Shown: positions 1 through 9,858, counted from the first letter of the stretch. The stretch: DNA of 64,000 nucleotides from an uncultured virus (IMG/VR IMGVR_UViG_3300032164_000005) (IMGVR_UViG_3300032164_000005); one strand, 5' to 3'. Notes: generated by a model from the letters alone, not told the origin. Numbers and translations are program-made.

Positions 1-63
1 AAATGCCTTGCTGGTGAGGTATTCGTCGATCGCTGCCGCCGGGATCGTGATGAACGTGCTCAT
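1..63 (-). CDS. hypothetical protein, N-terminal fragment (MSTFITIPAAAIDEYLTSKAF...), runs off window
   Basis: ATG at 63, open to the window edge, preceded by -10-like TACAAC. Confidence 0.5.
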   Translation of the reverse strand, partial: MSTFITIPAAAIDEYLTSKAF

Positions 64-98
64 GGTGGGTTGTACGCCACGGTTTTGAGAATATTCTC

Positions 99-362
99 TC
101 AGTCAGACCGATTCTGCGTCGGCAGCGAGAATTCCAGGCACAACCGCTCCACGTCATCCAGACCCAGACCCGTCTCGCACCAGCGTCGGATCACCGCCAG
201 GACGTCGCCCGGCGAGGGCGGCAGGGCCTCCCCCGCTCCTCGCCGCGCCAGATACGCCGTGCGGTAGGCTGCCACGACCGTGCCTCTCAGCGCCTCGGCG
301 AGTGTCCTCGGCGTCGTCTCGGGGTCGTCGTCGTCGTCGTCGTCGTCGTCATCGAGCAGCAT
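99..362 (-). CDS. hypothetical protein with poly-Asp tract
   Basis: Start MLLDDDD at 362 overlaps the end of the upstream gene; (GAC)9 repeat. Confidence 0.55.
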   Translation of the reverse strand: MLLDDDDDDDDDDPETTPRTLAEALRGTVVAAYRTAYLARRGAGEALPPSPGDVLAVIRRWCETGLGLDDVERLCLEFSLPTQNRSD

Positions 363-828
363 CGAGCCACGCCCTGGCGTCGGCTGCCTTGATCCAGACG
401 CCTGGAGGTCGTCCCGCCGCCGGGCGCAACCCGTGGTCGTCGTCCCTGTAGGCCTTGAGCTTCTCGGTCTTGATCCACCAACGCACGAGCGAATCGCTCC
501 TCCCGGCGAGCACACAGAACTGCGCCAGCGACAGCGGCAGCCCAGCATCCATGCGCCACCGAGCATGGACCCGTTCGAGCATCGGCCGGAACGCGTGCTC
601 CGGCGTCACGAGAGACAGCGTGTAGTTCACGTTCCACGCCGTCAGCGCAGCCTCGAGAGCGGACGTGCCCCTCGGAGGCTTGCCGTTTCCCGTGACCCTC
701 GGCAGCTTCCCGCTCTCGGCGTACTCCGCGAGCCACTCGAGTCGCACGCCGGTCTCACGAGCGTACATCGCCAGCCGCAGCAGATCGCGCGCAGCCGCGT
801 CGCCCATCGTTCGCATCTCGCTCACCAT
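349..828 (-). CDS. DNA-binding protein with C-terminal excisionase/MerR-like HTH
   Basis: LSLAQFCVLAGRSDSLVRWWIKTEKLKAY resembles HTH_17-type helices. Confidence 0.5.
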   Translation of the reverse strand: MVSEMRTMGDAAARDLLRLAMYARETGVRLEWLAEYAESGKLPRVTGNGKPPRGTSALEAALTAWNVNYTLSLVTPEHAFRPMLERVHARWRMDAGLPLSLAQFCVLAGRSDSLVRWWIKTEKLKAYRDDDHGLRPAAGRPPGVWIKAADARAWLDAAR

Positions 829-1100
829 GTCTTCAACTCCCGCACGAAGAACAGACCGTCGAGATCCTTCTCTTGTAGCATGATCAGCCGCGCGTACCGC
901 GACCGATAGCTGTTGTTCAACTTGAACCCGTCACCGGCCGTCGTCTTCATGGCGTACTCCCAGCGGAGCACTTCCCACAGCATGCTGACCCCGATCCGGT
1001 CTCGACCAGCACGCTTCGCCTGTCGCGCGAGCTTTGTCAGTCGTTCGTAGACGCGAGGATTCTCGTGGTGGAACGACCAGAACCTTGCTTCCAAGCTCAT
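822..1100 (-). CDS. phage hypothetical protein
   Basis: ATGA coupling to the exonuclease; FKLNNSYRSRYAR motif familiar from phage proteins. Confidence 0.7.
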   Translation of the reverse strand: MSLEARFWSFHHENPRVYERLTKLARQAKRAGRDRIGVSMLWEVLRWEYAMKTTAGDGFKLNNSYRSRYARLIMLQEKDLDGLFFVRELKTW

Positions 1101-1972
1101 CGGAATCTCTCCGTCATCTCGATCGCCTTCGTACCCGCCTTGCAGACGCCGCCGCCGTACACGTTCGTACGCAGCCACGCCATCTCCTCCTCGAGTCGTG
1201 GCTCGACGATCGTCCGGTGCCAGACCTTGTTGTCAGAGTCCCACTGGTAGCGACGCCGCTTCAGGACGTCCTTGGTCTCGTACGGAGACCGGTATGCCGA
1301 GACTCGGATCCACGGCAGCCGCGACATCTCGAGAAGCTCGAGCAGGTACGTGTTCCCCGTCCTCGCGTTGCGCGTCGCGAGCAGGCGCACGAGCGATGCC
1401 GCATCAGAGCCTGCTCGATGCGCGAGCGAGTAGAACCCGTGCAACCAGCACAGCGTCTGCAGTTGCGCGCTCGGCAGTCCGTGCGTCGCCTTCCACTCGA
1501 TTTGCTTGTCCGAGCAGGCCCACACCTTCGACGGCATCGGCCCCATGGCCTCCACGAACGGACGGTCGAAGCCTGCGTTGTGCGCGATGACGATGCTGGC
1601 TACGTCGAGCATCGACCTGACGCGATCCAGGTCGATGGACTTGCCAGCGACCATCTCGTTGGTGATCCCGTTGATGCCCGTGATCTCCTCGCTGATCGGT
1701 TCGCCTGGATCCTGGAACGCGTCATACGTGTCAACGATCCTCAGGATCGAACCGTCCACGCACGAGTAGGCGAACGCTCTGATGCCGATCTCGAGCACCT
1801 TGCACGTCTTCGGATCGATCCCGGTCGTCTCGGTGTCGAGCGAGAGGCCCACGCGAATCTCTGACTGTGGAATGTTGATCAGCAGTTCTGGCAGAGCGCC
1901 ATCGTACGGGCGCACGTCAAGCACGTCGCCGTAACAGAGACCCAGCCACGGAAACGGTCCAGCGTCGATCAC
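1097..1972 (-). CDS. DEDDh 3'-5' exonuclease (DNA Pol III epsilon-like)
   Basis: LDTETTG (ExoI), AHNAGFD (ExoII), HRAGSD (ExoIII); GTG at 1972 with GAGGAGG RBS. Confidence 0.9.
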   Translation of the reverse strand: MIDAGPFPWLGLCYGDVLDVRPYDGALPELLINIPQSEIRVGLSLDTETTGIDPKTCKVLEIGIRAFAYSCVDGSILRIVDTYDAFQDPGEPISEEITGINGITNEMVAGKSIDLDRVRSMLDVASIVIAHNAGFDRPFVEAMGPMPSKVWACSDKQIEWKATHGLPSAQLQTLCWLHGFYSLAHRAGSDAASLVRLLATRNARTGNTYLLELLEMSRLPWIRVSAYRSPYETKDVLKRRRYQWDSDNKVWHRTIVEPRLEEEMAWLRTNVYGGGVCKAGTKAIEMTERFR

Positions 1973-2298
1973 GATGCCTCCTCGATGTATTGATCCCGCC
2001 ACGGCACGTAGCAGACGATCCCGATATCATGGGCGGATGTGTACAGGTCACCGAGGGGCGGGTACGCCTCGTTGCCAAAGCATCCTGCCGCGCGCTCGTG
2101 CTCGACCACCGCATCACGCAGCGATACGCACCCGAGGCACGTCTTGTACGAGTTCGCGTAGCCATCCCAGATGCCGCTCACGTACTCGTACCGAGTTCCT
2201 GGCTCGATCGTGATGCGACACTCGCAGCAACGGTGCTCCTTGCGCGCCCGCCGGACGCACTGCCAGAACGCTTCCGGGGGCTCCGCGTCGAAGCACAT
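1969..2298 (-). CDS. Cys-rich (Zn-binding) phage protein
   Basis: RARKEHRCCEC...YKTCLGC; coupled start and stop. Confidence 0.7.
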   Translation of the reverse strand: MCFDAEPPEAFWQCVRRARKEHRCCECRITIEPGTRYEYVSGIWDGYANSYKTCLGCVSLRDAVVEHERAAGCFGNEAYPPLGDLYTSAHDIGIVCYVPWRDQYIEEAS

Positions 2299-2543
2299 CA
2301 GCGTGGTTCCTTCAGGTGCTTGCGCACCGCGTCGGCCCACCCGTACTCCGTCTCGCACCCGAGCGCGCACGCATGGACTCCGCGATGTCCGTCGCACCGA
2401 CGGTAGTCCCCGAAGCAGTGCCACAGCGCGATGGCGTCGCACCCTGCGGTCTCGCACTTCGGCAGCGCCGAGATCACCTCATCGAGCAGGTCGAGCGCGC
2501 TGCGCCGTCCGGCCTCGTAGGCGTCACCGATCATGTCGCTCAC
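2298..2543 (-). CDS. hypothetical protein
   Basis: GTGA coupling; CxxxxC...CxxH. Confidence 0.5.
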   Translation of the reverse strand: MSDMIGDAYEAGRRSALDLLDEVISALPKCETAGCDAIALWHCFGDYRRCDGHRGVHACALGCETEYGWADAVRKHLKEPR

Positions 2544-2968
2544 GGCCCCTGCTCCTTGAGCGTCCACAACTCGAACGCCTTGCACGTACACTCGTCCTCG
2601 TAGCCGTCGCAGAAACCCACTCCGTTGTGGGACCGACGGAAGTGACCGCACCTGCATACCTCCATCTCGGCAGGAACCGGCGCATCTACGGGCGGAGATC
2701 GGTGATTGCGGATCGTCACAGCAAGCTGATGCATGCAATCTGCCGCGAATCGGTAGACGTGCGCGCTGTCAGGATGGTCATGGGGTCCGAATCCATCCGC
2801 CTTCCCGGAGAGTCGAAGCGCGTTCGCGTCGCACATCTTCGCGCACGTCTCCAGCCCTTCCGACACGCCGAGTCCATGCACCTCGACCAACGAGGCCCTG
2901 AACACATCAATGTCGTCCGTCAGAGATAGCGCCTCGGCCAGATCAACCGCCTTCTTTTCCCAGTCCAT
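2540..2968 (-). CDS. hypothetical protein with C-terminal Cys/His finger
   Basis: CRCGHFRRSH...C...CTCKAF. Confidence 0.6.
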   Translation of the reverse strand: MDWEKKAVDLAEALSLTDDIDVFRASLVEVHGLGVSEGLETCAKMCDANALRLSGKADGFGPHDHPDSAHVYRFAADCMHQLAVTIRNHRSPPVDAPVPAEMEVCRCGHFRRSHNGVGFCDGYEDECTCKAFELWTLKEQGP

Positions 2969-3143
2969 CCTTCGCCTCCTTCCGCGCGTGCTTCAGCGCC
3001 ATCGCAGCCCCAGCCAGGGCCGCGCCCTTCGAGATGTAGATCCGCGACCATGCGCCCTGCCGGACGAGCGGGTGACGCCAGCGCCACCGAGGATCGTCCG
3101 TCTGAGTGCCGCGAACCGATTCCAACTCGAGCGCCTCGTCCAT
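2943..3143 (-). CDS. hypothetical protein
   Basis: Fits the tight minus-strand gene array. Confidence 0.45.
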   Translation of the reverse strand: MDEALELESVRGTQTDDPRWRWRHPLVRQGAWSRIYISKGAALAGAAMALKHARKEAKDGLGKEGG

Positions 3144-3294
3144 CTTCCTGCCTTCTGCCGCGAAACGACCGTTCCGACGTCACGACCCCCGCGCCCCAAA
3201 CTACAACGAGAGGATCAGCGGCCCGGAACATCCAGACCGCCGCCGGAGCGGTCGTTTCGTGGCAGATCATACGTTGTACGCGGATCGTGCGATA

Positions 3295-3519
3295 TTATTC
3301 TCTCAGAGCCTTCCTGAGATCCGACAGGACGCTCGAGTGATGCGTCTCGGCCTCGCATAGCGCGTCGAGCAGGCGCTCGTCGCGTGACGCACCTCGGCCG
3401 TTGTACGCCGCCTTCGCGGCGACCAGCGCGTCGTACGCGATGGTGTAGTTCCTGGCCGCCTCGACGATCGCGCGAACGCGATTCAAGTCGGCGAGAAGAT
3501 CCGGCAACACATCACTCAT
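3295..3519 (-). CDS. hypothetical protein
   Basis: Coupled ORF, helical. Confidence 0.55.
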   Translation of the reverse strand: MSDVLPDLLADLNRVRAIVEAARNYTIAYDALVAAKAAYNGRGASRDERLLDALCEAETHHSSVLSDLRKALRE

Positions 3520-3725
3520 CAGGCTTCCCTCCGTCCGTACCTGGACACATCCTCGAGCAACCGCAGGGCGGTAGCTCTCTCTGCCGACACCGCGAGATCG
3601 TCAGCCGTCAACTTGCGCCGCAGCCGCAGGTTCTGTCCCTTCAGCACGCTGATCTGATGCACCATGTCCAGTACGCTGTGTCGAAGCCGCTGGCACGACA
3701 AGCAACCGTTCTCCTCGGTCGTCAT
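3519..3725 (-). CDS. hypothetical protein
   Basis: MTTEENGCLSC..., TGATG coupling, GGAGG RBS. Confidence 0.55.
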   Translation of the reverse strand: MTTEENGCLSCQRLRHSVLDMVHQISVLKGQNLRLRRKLTADDLAVSAERATALRLLEDVSRYGRREA

Positions 3726-4858
3726 CACTGCACCTCCGCGCTTAGACCGCATACCCAACGAACGACCCTCGGCCACACCGACGTCCGACGTAGCTCCGCG
3801 ACGCGCTCGAGAGTGTGAACGTGAATGCCGATGCCTGTTCCAGGAGTCGCCTCTGCCAACGCCTTGCTGAGCGACCGCAGCGTGTCGCAGTCGCACTCGG
3901 CGGAGTTGTTGTGCGGGCACGCCAGTGCCGCCATGAGCGCAGCGGCATCGCTGGCAATCGCGTGCGGCCACCCGGCGCTCGTCGCGGACGCGGGTTGCGG
4001 CGCTGCCATCTCGGCGCGAGCGGCGTCGCGTTCTCTGATCGCCTGCTCGCACGCGTCCGACTCGCGCCCGAACAGCGCGCGTGCCTCGTCCCGCTGCCGC
4101 GTGCGCGCTGCGAGTTCGCGCTCGGTCGTTGCTCGCTCGTCGATCGCGCGGCAGCGCCCCTCGTCCACCTCCGCGATCTCCCGCGTCAACCTATCCACCT
4201 CGACACTGGCCGCGTCACGCTCTTCGCGAAGGCACGCGATCTCCTTCAACGCCTTGCGCCGATCCGTGTCGAGGATCTCACGAGCGTCGGCCGCGTCGGC
4301 CTGCGCCTCATTCCTCTCCAACGTGAGCTTCTTCGCGATCTCGAGGGCCCGCTTCGAGTCGGCAACCAACTCGGCCCGCGCTTCATCACGCTCCCGCTCG
4401 GCCTTCTCGGCACGGTCAGCCTCACTGATGATGACCGCTGCGATCTGGTCGCGCGTGGCCTCGTTCAGCGAGTTCACGTAGGCCAGATCCCGCTCGGCCT
4501 TCTCGGCACGAGCGGTGACCTTCGCGACCTCCGCGCGCCACGTATCCGCGATGGTCTTGTCGTAGCCCGCACGGACACGGAGGTGCATGTCGTGCTCGCG
4601 CTCTTCGAGGCGAACCAGCGCAGCGTCCCGCTCCATCCTGGCCCGCTCGGCCTCGCACGCGCAGTCCTCGCGGGCGCAGTCGTGGTCGCGCTCCTCCGGC
4701 GTATCGCACTGGTCGGTCGTCAGCACCTTCTCGAGCGCGTCTCCAGCCTCGCCGACGGCCTTCGCCGTGTAGAAGTTGTTGACCTTGGCGTCCTTCACGA
4801 TGGCCTTCATCAGATCCTCGATCCTGAGCACCAGCGTTCCCGCCTCATCCTTCGTCAT
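3725..4858 (-). CDS. long coiled-coil phage protein
   Basis: Repeated ERDEARAE/AEKAERD heptads. Confidence 0.7.
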   Translation of the reverse strand: MTKDEAGTLVLRIEDLMKAIVKDAKVNNFYTAKAVGEAGDALEKVLTTDQCDTPEERDHDCAREDCACEAERARMERDAALVRLEEREHDMHLRVRAGYDKTIADTWRAEVAKVTARAEKAERDLAYVNSLNEATRDQIAAVIISEADRAEKAERERDEARAELVADSKRALEIAKKLTLERNEAQADAADAREILDTDRRKALKEIACLREERDAASVEVDRLTREIAEVDEGRCRAIDERATTERELAARTRQRDEARALFGRESDACEQAIRERDAARAEMAAPQPASATSAGWPHAIASDAAALMAALACPHNNSAECDCDTLRSLSKALAEATPGTGIGIHVHTLERVAELRRTSVWPRVVRWVCGLSAEVQ

Positions 4859-5057
4859 CGGACTGCTCCAGGACCGCACGGGCCCTCAACAGGTCGTTGC
4901 CGTCCAGCGTGACCAGCGTGATTACCGCATCGGCGCAGTTCTTCTCACCGTACTCCACGCCAAGCCGCGCGAACGGTTCGAGCGCGATCCTGAGCACCTG
5001 CACCCGCTTTCGCGGGAGCGCGATCTCGCTGACCAGTATCGACGTGCTTTCACTCAT
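4845..5057 (-). CDS. hypothetical protein
   Basis: MSESTSILV..., GGAGG RBS. Confidence 0.5.
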   Translation of the reverse strand: MSESTSILVSEIALPRKRVQVLRIALEPFARLGVEYGEKNCADAVITLVTLDGNDLLRARAVLEQSDDEG

Positions 5058-5292
5058 CGAGCACCTCCCGAAGACCAGCATCGCTGATCTCATCGTGCAG
5101 CAGGTCCGACAGCGACTCGATCACCCACTGGGCATGGTTCTTCTTCTTCACGTCGTCCGGCAGCCCGTACTTGCGCAACGACCGCAGCCGGTCCTCGAGT
5201 GCCCGCAACGCGCTCGCCAGGGCCTGAGCCTTCAGCGCAGCCTGCAGGTCGGCGCGTTCCTTTGGCAGCCTGAACCGCAGCGTGGTGATCAC
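5050..5292 (-). CDS. hypothetical protein
   Basis: GTGA coupling. Confidence 0.5.
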   Translation of the reverse strand: MITTLRFRLPKERADLQAALKAQALASALRALEDRLRSLRKYGLPDDVKKKNHAQWVIESLSDLLHDEISDAGLREVLDE

Positions 5293-5717
5293 GACACGCT
5301 CTCGGCGAACGCCATCGCCATCCGCCTCGCGTCGTCCAAGGTCTTCGCCTCGAATCCCACCGGCACCGCGATCACGAGTTCCGGGTGAGCCTTCTCGTAC
5401 TCCGGCGTGAACCCTGACTGCGTGCAGCCGTCGTCCTCCTTCGCGACGTCGCCGATGCCGTACCCGGCGATGGCCCGGTGCGACCAGCCGTACCACTTCT
5501 GCTCGCGCTCGCAGAACCCGACGGAGCAGATGTTGCTGTCGCGCGACGCAAGCTCCGGCTTGATGCCCATCTCTTCGAGGAGCTTGGCGTCCTTCTCGTT
5601 GCCGATATAGTGCCCGTCGAGCGTGTACGCCATCGGCACGGGCGTCGTGGTGATGTACCCATCGGTCATCATGCGGATCTCGTAGCCGTCTCGCTTCTCG
5701 ACGCTGTGGACCTTCAT
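5289..5717 (-). CDS. phage hypothetical protein
   Basis: QKWYGWSHRA...AFAESVS motif familiar from phage proteins; AGGAG RBS. Confidence 0.7.
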   Translation of the reverse strand: MKVHSVEKRDGYEIRMMTDGYITTTPVPMAYTLDGHYIGNEKDAKLLEEMGIKPELASRDSNICSVGFCEREQKWYGWSHRAIAGYGIGDVAKEDDGCTQSGFTPEYEKAHPELVIAVPVGFEAKTLDDARRMAMAFAESVS

Positions 5718-5922
5718 CGTCTTGCTCCTATCCGCTGAATCGGAATCCTGGCGATCCTTGAGACGCGCCCAGGGAACGCCACGTCGCACGCCGCCCGCAG
5801 ACACGCGATGTAGATGCCGTACGCAATAATGCGGGCCCTGCGGTCCACGCCGGGCTCGTTGGCGACGCCCTCGTAGACCTCGGTCACGTCGCGCAATTGC
5901 TCGTCGGTGAACCGCACCGTCC

Positions 5923-6315
5923 TCACGGGAACACCGTGCCCTGCCGCTCGGTCCACCGCATGGCGACCTCCGGCAGCGTCGGGTGCCGAGACGACGTGCT
6001 GCCCTCACGGGTGTGTCGAGCGAAGAGCCTCACGGCGAGGTGCATCCCGGCCGACGCGATCTCAGCGCGGATGCACTGGTCATGCGCCAGGAACACGAGT
6101 CGCGTGAGTTCGTCGAAGTCGAACGTGGCGAACGTCTTGCCGCGATGGAACACCAACTCGATGGCGTCGTCACAGAACGGACGCACCGTGTCGGGCGCGT
6201 GGTGCAGACCGTGCAGCCAGTCGCTCGCGAGATGGAGGCAGCGCAACTGCGCGACCGTCACGTCCACGAACTTCTTGTTGTAGCTGACCCACTTGCGCTC
6301 GTACTCGTAGTCCAT
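5923..6315 (-). CDS. phage hypothetical protein
   Basis: ATFDFDELTRLVFLAHDQCIRAEI...HPTL motif; GAGGGG RBS. Confidence 0.7.
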   Translation of the reverse strand: MDYEYERKWVSYNKKFVDVTVAQLRCLHLASDWLHGLHHAPDTVRPFCDDAIELVFHRGKTFATFDFDELTRLVFLAHDQCIRAEIASAGMHLAVRLFARHTREGSTSSRHPTLPEVAMRWTERQGTVFP

Positions 6316-6322
6316 GGTCCCC

Positions 6323-6919
6323 TCAGAACGGTAGCGACTTCCTGTACAGAAAAGGCATAACGCGTAGCCATTCCTCGTGGATCGAGTAGGAGCGACATGG
6401 TCCCCATGGCTTTTCTTCCAAAGTAGACATCTCGTGTAGATCGTCGATCGGCACGGACAGACACGGTCGCGATGGCCCACCGCCCCTCTTGGAAGGGTCA
6501 TCTCTGTAACGATCAACGCCCTTGGCTTCGCGGTACAGGAACCACCCGCGCAGTCCGAAAGATGGACCCTTCCCGGTCACCAGGACGAACGGAGCATCCC
6601 CTTTCTTCTCGTCCTTACGATGCAGCAACAGGCTGTCTTTCTCGTTGTAGGCGGCGCGAACCTGATAGTACCCGGCCACGTCATGGGCATCCGGGTCACC
6701 CGGATCTCCGTTCCACAGAACCCCAAGATGCTTTGCGAGAACAATCTCGCCAAGAGCACCGCGAACATGCATCTCCCATTGCTGATCGGGACTCGTGCCA
6801 TGAGCGTCCTTCTTGCCCAGCAACATGTTGCGCGTCTGACGAGCCACACCGATGCTCCCAGCGAACGCCATCTCGTTCTCGTCCAGGGTGACCGTCGGGT
6901 ACTTCGTCCTGCTCGCCAT
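6323..6919 (-). CDS. putative restriction-endonuclease-fold protein
   Basis: GALGEIVLAKHL...DV...QVR pattern resembles a PD-(D/E)XK variant. Confidence 0.45.
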   Translation of the reverse strand: MASRTKYPTVTLDENEMAFAGSIGVARQTRNMLLGKKDAHGTSPDQQWEMHVRGALGEIVLAKHLGVLWNGDPGDPDAHDVAGYYQVRAAYNEKDSLLLHRKDEKKGDAPFVLVTGKGPSFGLRGWFLYREAKGVDRYRDDPSKRGGGPSRPCLSVPIDDLHEMSTLEEKPWGPCRSYSIHEEWLRVMPFLYRKSLPF

Positions 6920-6970
6920 CGCGCATCTCCCACCGGCCGAGGGGCGAGGCCCCCCGGCTTCACCCGGACA

Positions 6971-7444
6971 TCAGAACGGCAGGCCTCCGCTGTCTCCGCC
7001 CGTGCCGCCGCCGCCGGGCGACAGCGCCTTCAGCGCCTTGATGCGGTCCGCGAGCAGCGCGCTGATCTCCTTCTGCCGCGCGATCGGCATCTCCTGCTTC
7101 TTCAGGATCGCCTCGGCCGGGACGCCCTTGTTGGCGTCGAAGATGCTCTTCACCTTCGGCCCGTACTCGTCGATCTCGATCCGCACGCGCAGCTTGCGAC
7201 TCGGGTCCACCTTCCACTCGCTCATCGGCAGCGAGGTGTCGCAGCCGAGGTTTTCGGCGTCCTGCACGGTGTACGCGAGCGACGCCTCGGTCAGGCCGCC
7301 GTTCTTGATCAACTCGTGCTTGCCGCCGTCGCCGTCATCGACGATGACGGCGAACGCCATCATCTCGGTCCCCTTCTTCGAGGACACGACCAGCTTCGCC
7401 GTCAGAGGCCCCGCGTCGTACATGCCTTCCTTCAGATTACCCAT
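6971..7444 (-). CDS. single-stranded DNA-binding protein (DUF669-like)
   Basis: Follows the Sak4-like ATPase; Gly-rich tail ending GGLPF. Confidence 0.65.
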   Translation of the reverse strand: MGNLKEGMYDAGPLTAKLVVSSKKGTEMMAFAVIVDDGDGGKHELIKNGGLTEASLAYTVQDAENLGCDTSLPMSEWKVDPSRKLRVRIEIDEYGPKVKSIFDANKGVPAEAILKKQEMPIARQKEISALLADRIKALKALSPGGGGTGGDSGGLPF

Positions 7445-7450
7445 CGTTCA

Positions 7451-8362
7451 TCACTCCTTCGTTACGGTCTGTTCGTACACCAGCGTCTCGGCACGCGAGA
7501 GCGCGGACCTGAGTTCGTCGATCGATACGTTCTTGCGCGTCAGGAACGTCTGCACCTTCTCGCGCACTGCCTTGTCCAGAATCTGCTCGGCAGTCTTCGT
7601 GATCCACTCGCGCAGCGCCGCCGAGTCCTTCTCGACGTCGCGGTTCAGGTACTCCGCGAATGTGTCCCACGAGAACGGGATCTCCGACGGCATCCCGTGA
7701 CGGTTCTTCGCGTACCACCCGGCACGGAACTCCGTGTACGCGATGCGCTTGCCCGTGCTCACGCCCTTCGCCTTCGTGTCGCCCTTCGTCTTCGCAGCGA
7801 ACGTCTCGAACGTCGCGAAGAGCACGTCGGAGGCCCACTGCCGGAACAGGCCTGCGGACTTCTCTTGCAGCGCGATGCGCCACTGGTCGTAGTCCGGTCC
7901 CGTCGGGTTCTTGAACTCCTTGATCTCGGCGTGCGCCAGGACGATCACGTTCATGTGCTTCTCGGCCCGTAGCTTCTCTAGCCCGGCCATGAACAGCCGC
8001 CACTGCTCTCGGGCGAGCGCGTAGCCAGCCGAGAAGTCATCGGTCATCTTCGTGACCTTTGTGAGAATGAACTCGTAAAGCATGGGCTCGAGCCAATCGA
8101 CCGTGTCGATCACGACGGACTGGTAGTCGTGATTCTCCAGGAAAAGCACCGACAGCCCTTCGAGCGCCTCCGGCCACTGCGTCGGATGCGGCATGCGCGA
8201 GACGTCGAGTTCCTCCGTGCCAACCTCCGGGCCCAGGAAGACGGGCTTCGGCGCAGCCGCGCCAAAGGACGATTTCCCGACCCCGTCTGGTCCGTAGACC
8301 ATCACCTTCGCTGGGCTCTTGATGCGACCCTTCGTGACGTTCGCCAGACTCATCCTGCTCAT
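7451..8362 (-). CDS. AAA_24 / Sak4-like recombinase ATPase
   Basis: Walker A YGPDGVGKS, Walker B VVIDTVDWLE, AKNR motif. Confidence 0.9.
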   Translation of the reverse strand: MSRMSLANVTKGRIKSPAKVMVYGPDGVGKSSFGAAAPKPVFLGPEVGTEELDVSRMPHPTQWPEALEGLSVLFLENHDYQSVVIDTVDWLEPMLYEFILTKVTKMTDDFSAGYALAREQWRLFMAGLEKLRAEKHMNVIVLAHAEIKEFKNPTGPDYDQWRIALQEKSAGLFRQWASDVLFATFETFAAKTKGDTKAKGVSTGKRIAYTEFRAGWYAKNRHGMPSEIPFSWDTFAEYLNRDVEKDSAALREWITKTAEQILDKAVREKVQTFLTRKNVSIDELRSALSRAETLVYEQTVTKE

Positions 8363-8643
8363 CGATGACCTCCATCGCTCTGCTCGCTCACAGGTGCTGG
8401 ACATACGCACCGCACGAGCACACGGCTGTTGTTCCACTCCACGACGGAGCGCGTTCCGGGCGTACAGGTATACTGCGTGCCGTTCCGGAACGCCGTTCCG
8501 CTCTCCAGCACCGCCGACGTCTCCTGGCATCGCTCCGGCCGGTCGCACGATCGCACCAGCGAGACGAACCCGAATCCCGTCATCGCAAGCACCGACAGGA
8601 TGACCAGCGTCCACATCGACTTTGCCCACACGTTACTCGGCAT
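8359..8643 (-). CDS. small membrane protein
   Basis: N-terminal TM helix followed by a Cys-rich domain. Confidence 0.55.
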   Translation of the reverse strand: MPSNVWAKSMWTLVILSVLAMTGFGFVSLVRSCDRPERCQETSAVLESGTAFRNGTQYTCTPGTRSVVEWNNSRVLVRCVCPAPVSEQSDGGHR

Positions 8644-9808
8644 GATCGGCCTCTCCGTTCGCATCGTCCTGTACACCATGGGCAGTTGCCTCCATCGAGA
8701 GTTCCGGGTTCGTCTTCAGCTTCTGCACGAAGCGAGACGTGTCGTCGATCGATGCGACCTTCGTGCAGACGTCCCAGAAGTCACACGGCGACCCGTACCG
8801 GAAGCACGCGTCCGGGTTGCGCGGAGCGACACCCGTGCGGGCAGAGACGTGGGCTTGCTGAGCAATATTCCAAACGTCGAGTAAATATTCTCTGCGTTCG
8901 TCTTCGAGGCGCACTACATCGACAACCTGGAAGAACCTGTCGTAGTCCGCCTGGATGATCTCGAGGCACCGAACCTCGTACTCCTCGGGCGTCTCGTCGC
9001 GCTCGCGCTGGTTGGCGTAGAGCCTGCCACCAGGGTCCGTCACGATGCGCCCTTCGGAACATTCGTGCCGTGTCTCGTAGCCCGACTCCTCGTCGAGCAC
9101 CGCGACGGTGTGAGGCGGCGGCGTCGCCTGTTTCTTCTTCTTGCACTCGGGGCACACGCGCGACTTCGCCTGCGTGTACTTCCGCTGATCGTCAGGCGTC
9201 GCGCTGTAGGGCTCGTACCCCGGCTTCACCGCCACGTCATACAGGATCACGTCAGCGCCGCGCGTGGTATGGCCCTCGGCGCGGAAGATCCCGTCGTGGT
9301 ACTCGCTCACCTGCGGGTCCAGCAACAGGCGATGCCGGTATGCAGAACCGGGCGCTGCGGGCTCTGCGGAGGTCTTGTGCTCGATCACCGCGAGGCGGCC
9401 GTCGCACAACAGCACGATCACGTCGACCTTGCCCGCACGCTCCCAGGTCCGCGACGCGCGGCCCGTGAGCGGGTTGATCATTGGGAGCTTGTACTCGCGC
9501 TCGACGCCCAGCACGCGTTCGACGTAGCCGACGCGCCGGACGTCCCAGCCGAGGCAGTACGCGTACACCATCGCCCGAAGCTTCGCGGCATCGTACGGAT
9601 CGAGGCTCTCGTCGAAGGCCTGCCTGGACCTCGCGACCGCAGCCTCGGTGCCGCAGAGCCAGTACTGCTCGATGCAGGCATGGAACGCCGTGCCGAAGCG
9701 AAGCGGCGCGCGCGAGGCGACCGTGCAGTACCCCATCACGTAGTGAAGGTAGTGCTGCCGCTGGCACGCTCTGAACGAGCGAGCCCGAGAGCTTGTGAAC
9801 AATTCCAT
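8633..9808 (-). CDS. PD-(D/E)XK (RecB/Cas4-like) exonuclease
   Basis: ACQRQ, FGTAFH, GKVDVI...IEHKT, C-terminal CFRYGSPCDFWDVC. Confidence 0.85.
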   Translation of the reverse strand: MELFTSSRARSFRACQRQHYLHYVMGYCTVASRAPLRFGTAFHACIEQYWLCGTEAAVARSRQAFDESLDPYDAAKLRAMVYAYCLGWDVRRVGYVERVLGVEREYKLPMINPLTGRASRTWERAGKVDVIVLLCDGRLAVIEHKTSAEPAAPGSAYRHRLLLDPQVSEYHDGIFRAEGHTTRGADVILYDVAVKPGYEPYSATPDDQRKYTQAKSRVCPECKKKKQATPPPHTVAVLDEESGYETRHECSEGRIVTDPGGRLYANQRERDETPEEYEVRCLEIIQADYDRFFQVVDVVRLEDERREYLLDVWNIAQQAHVSARTGVAPRNPDACFRYGSPCDFWDVCTKVASIDDTSRFVQKLKTNPELSMEATAHGVQDDANGEADHAE

Positions 9809-9858
9809 CTCGACCCTCGTCACTGCCGGTGTTGCCTGATCCGACGGTGACAGCACGG

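Noticed and set aside
324..350. (GTC)9 microsatellite as a phase-variation switch
   Set aside because: An in-frame triplet encoding poly-Asp; slippage would not change the frame.
6620..7972. 450-aa plus-strand ORF
   Set aside because: Antisense to the SSB and AAA ATPase genes.
8633..9808. Cas4 as evidence of a CRISPR system
   Set aside because: Its context is a phage recombination cassette; no other cas genes or array are present.
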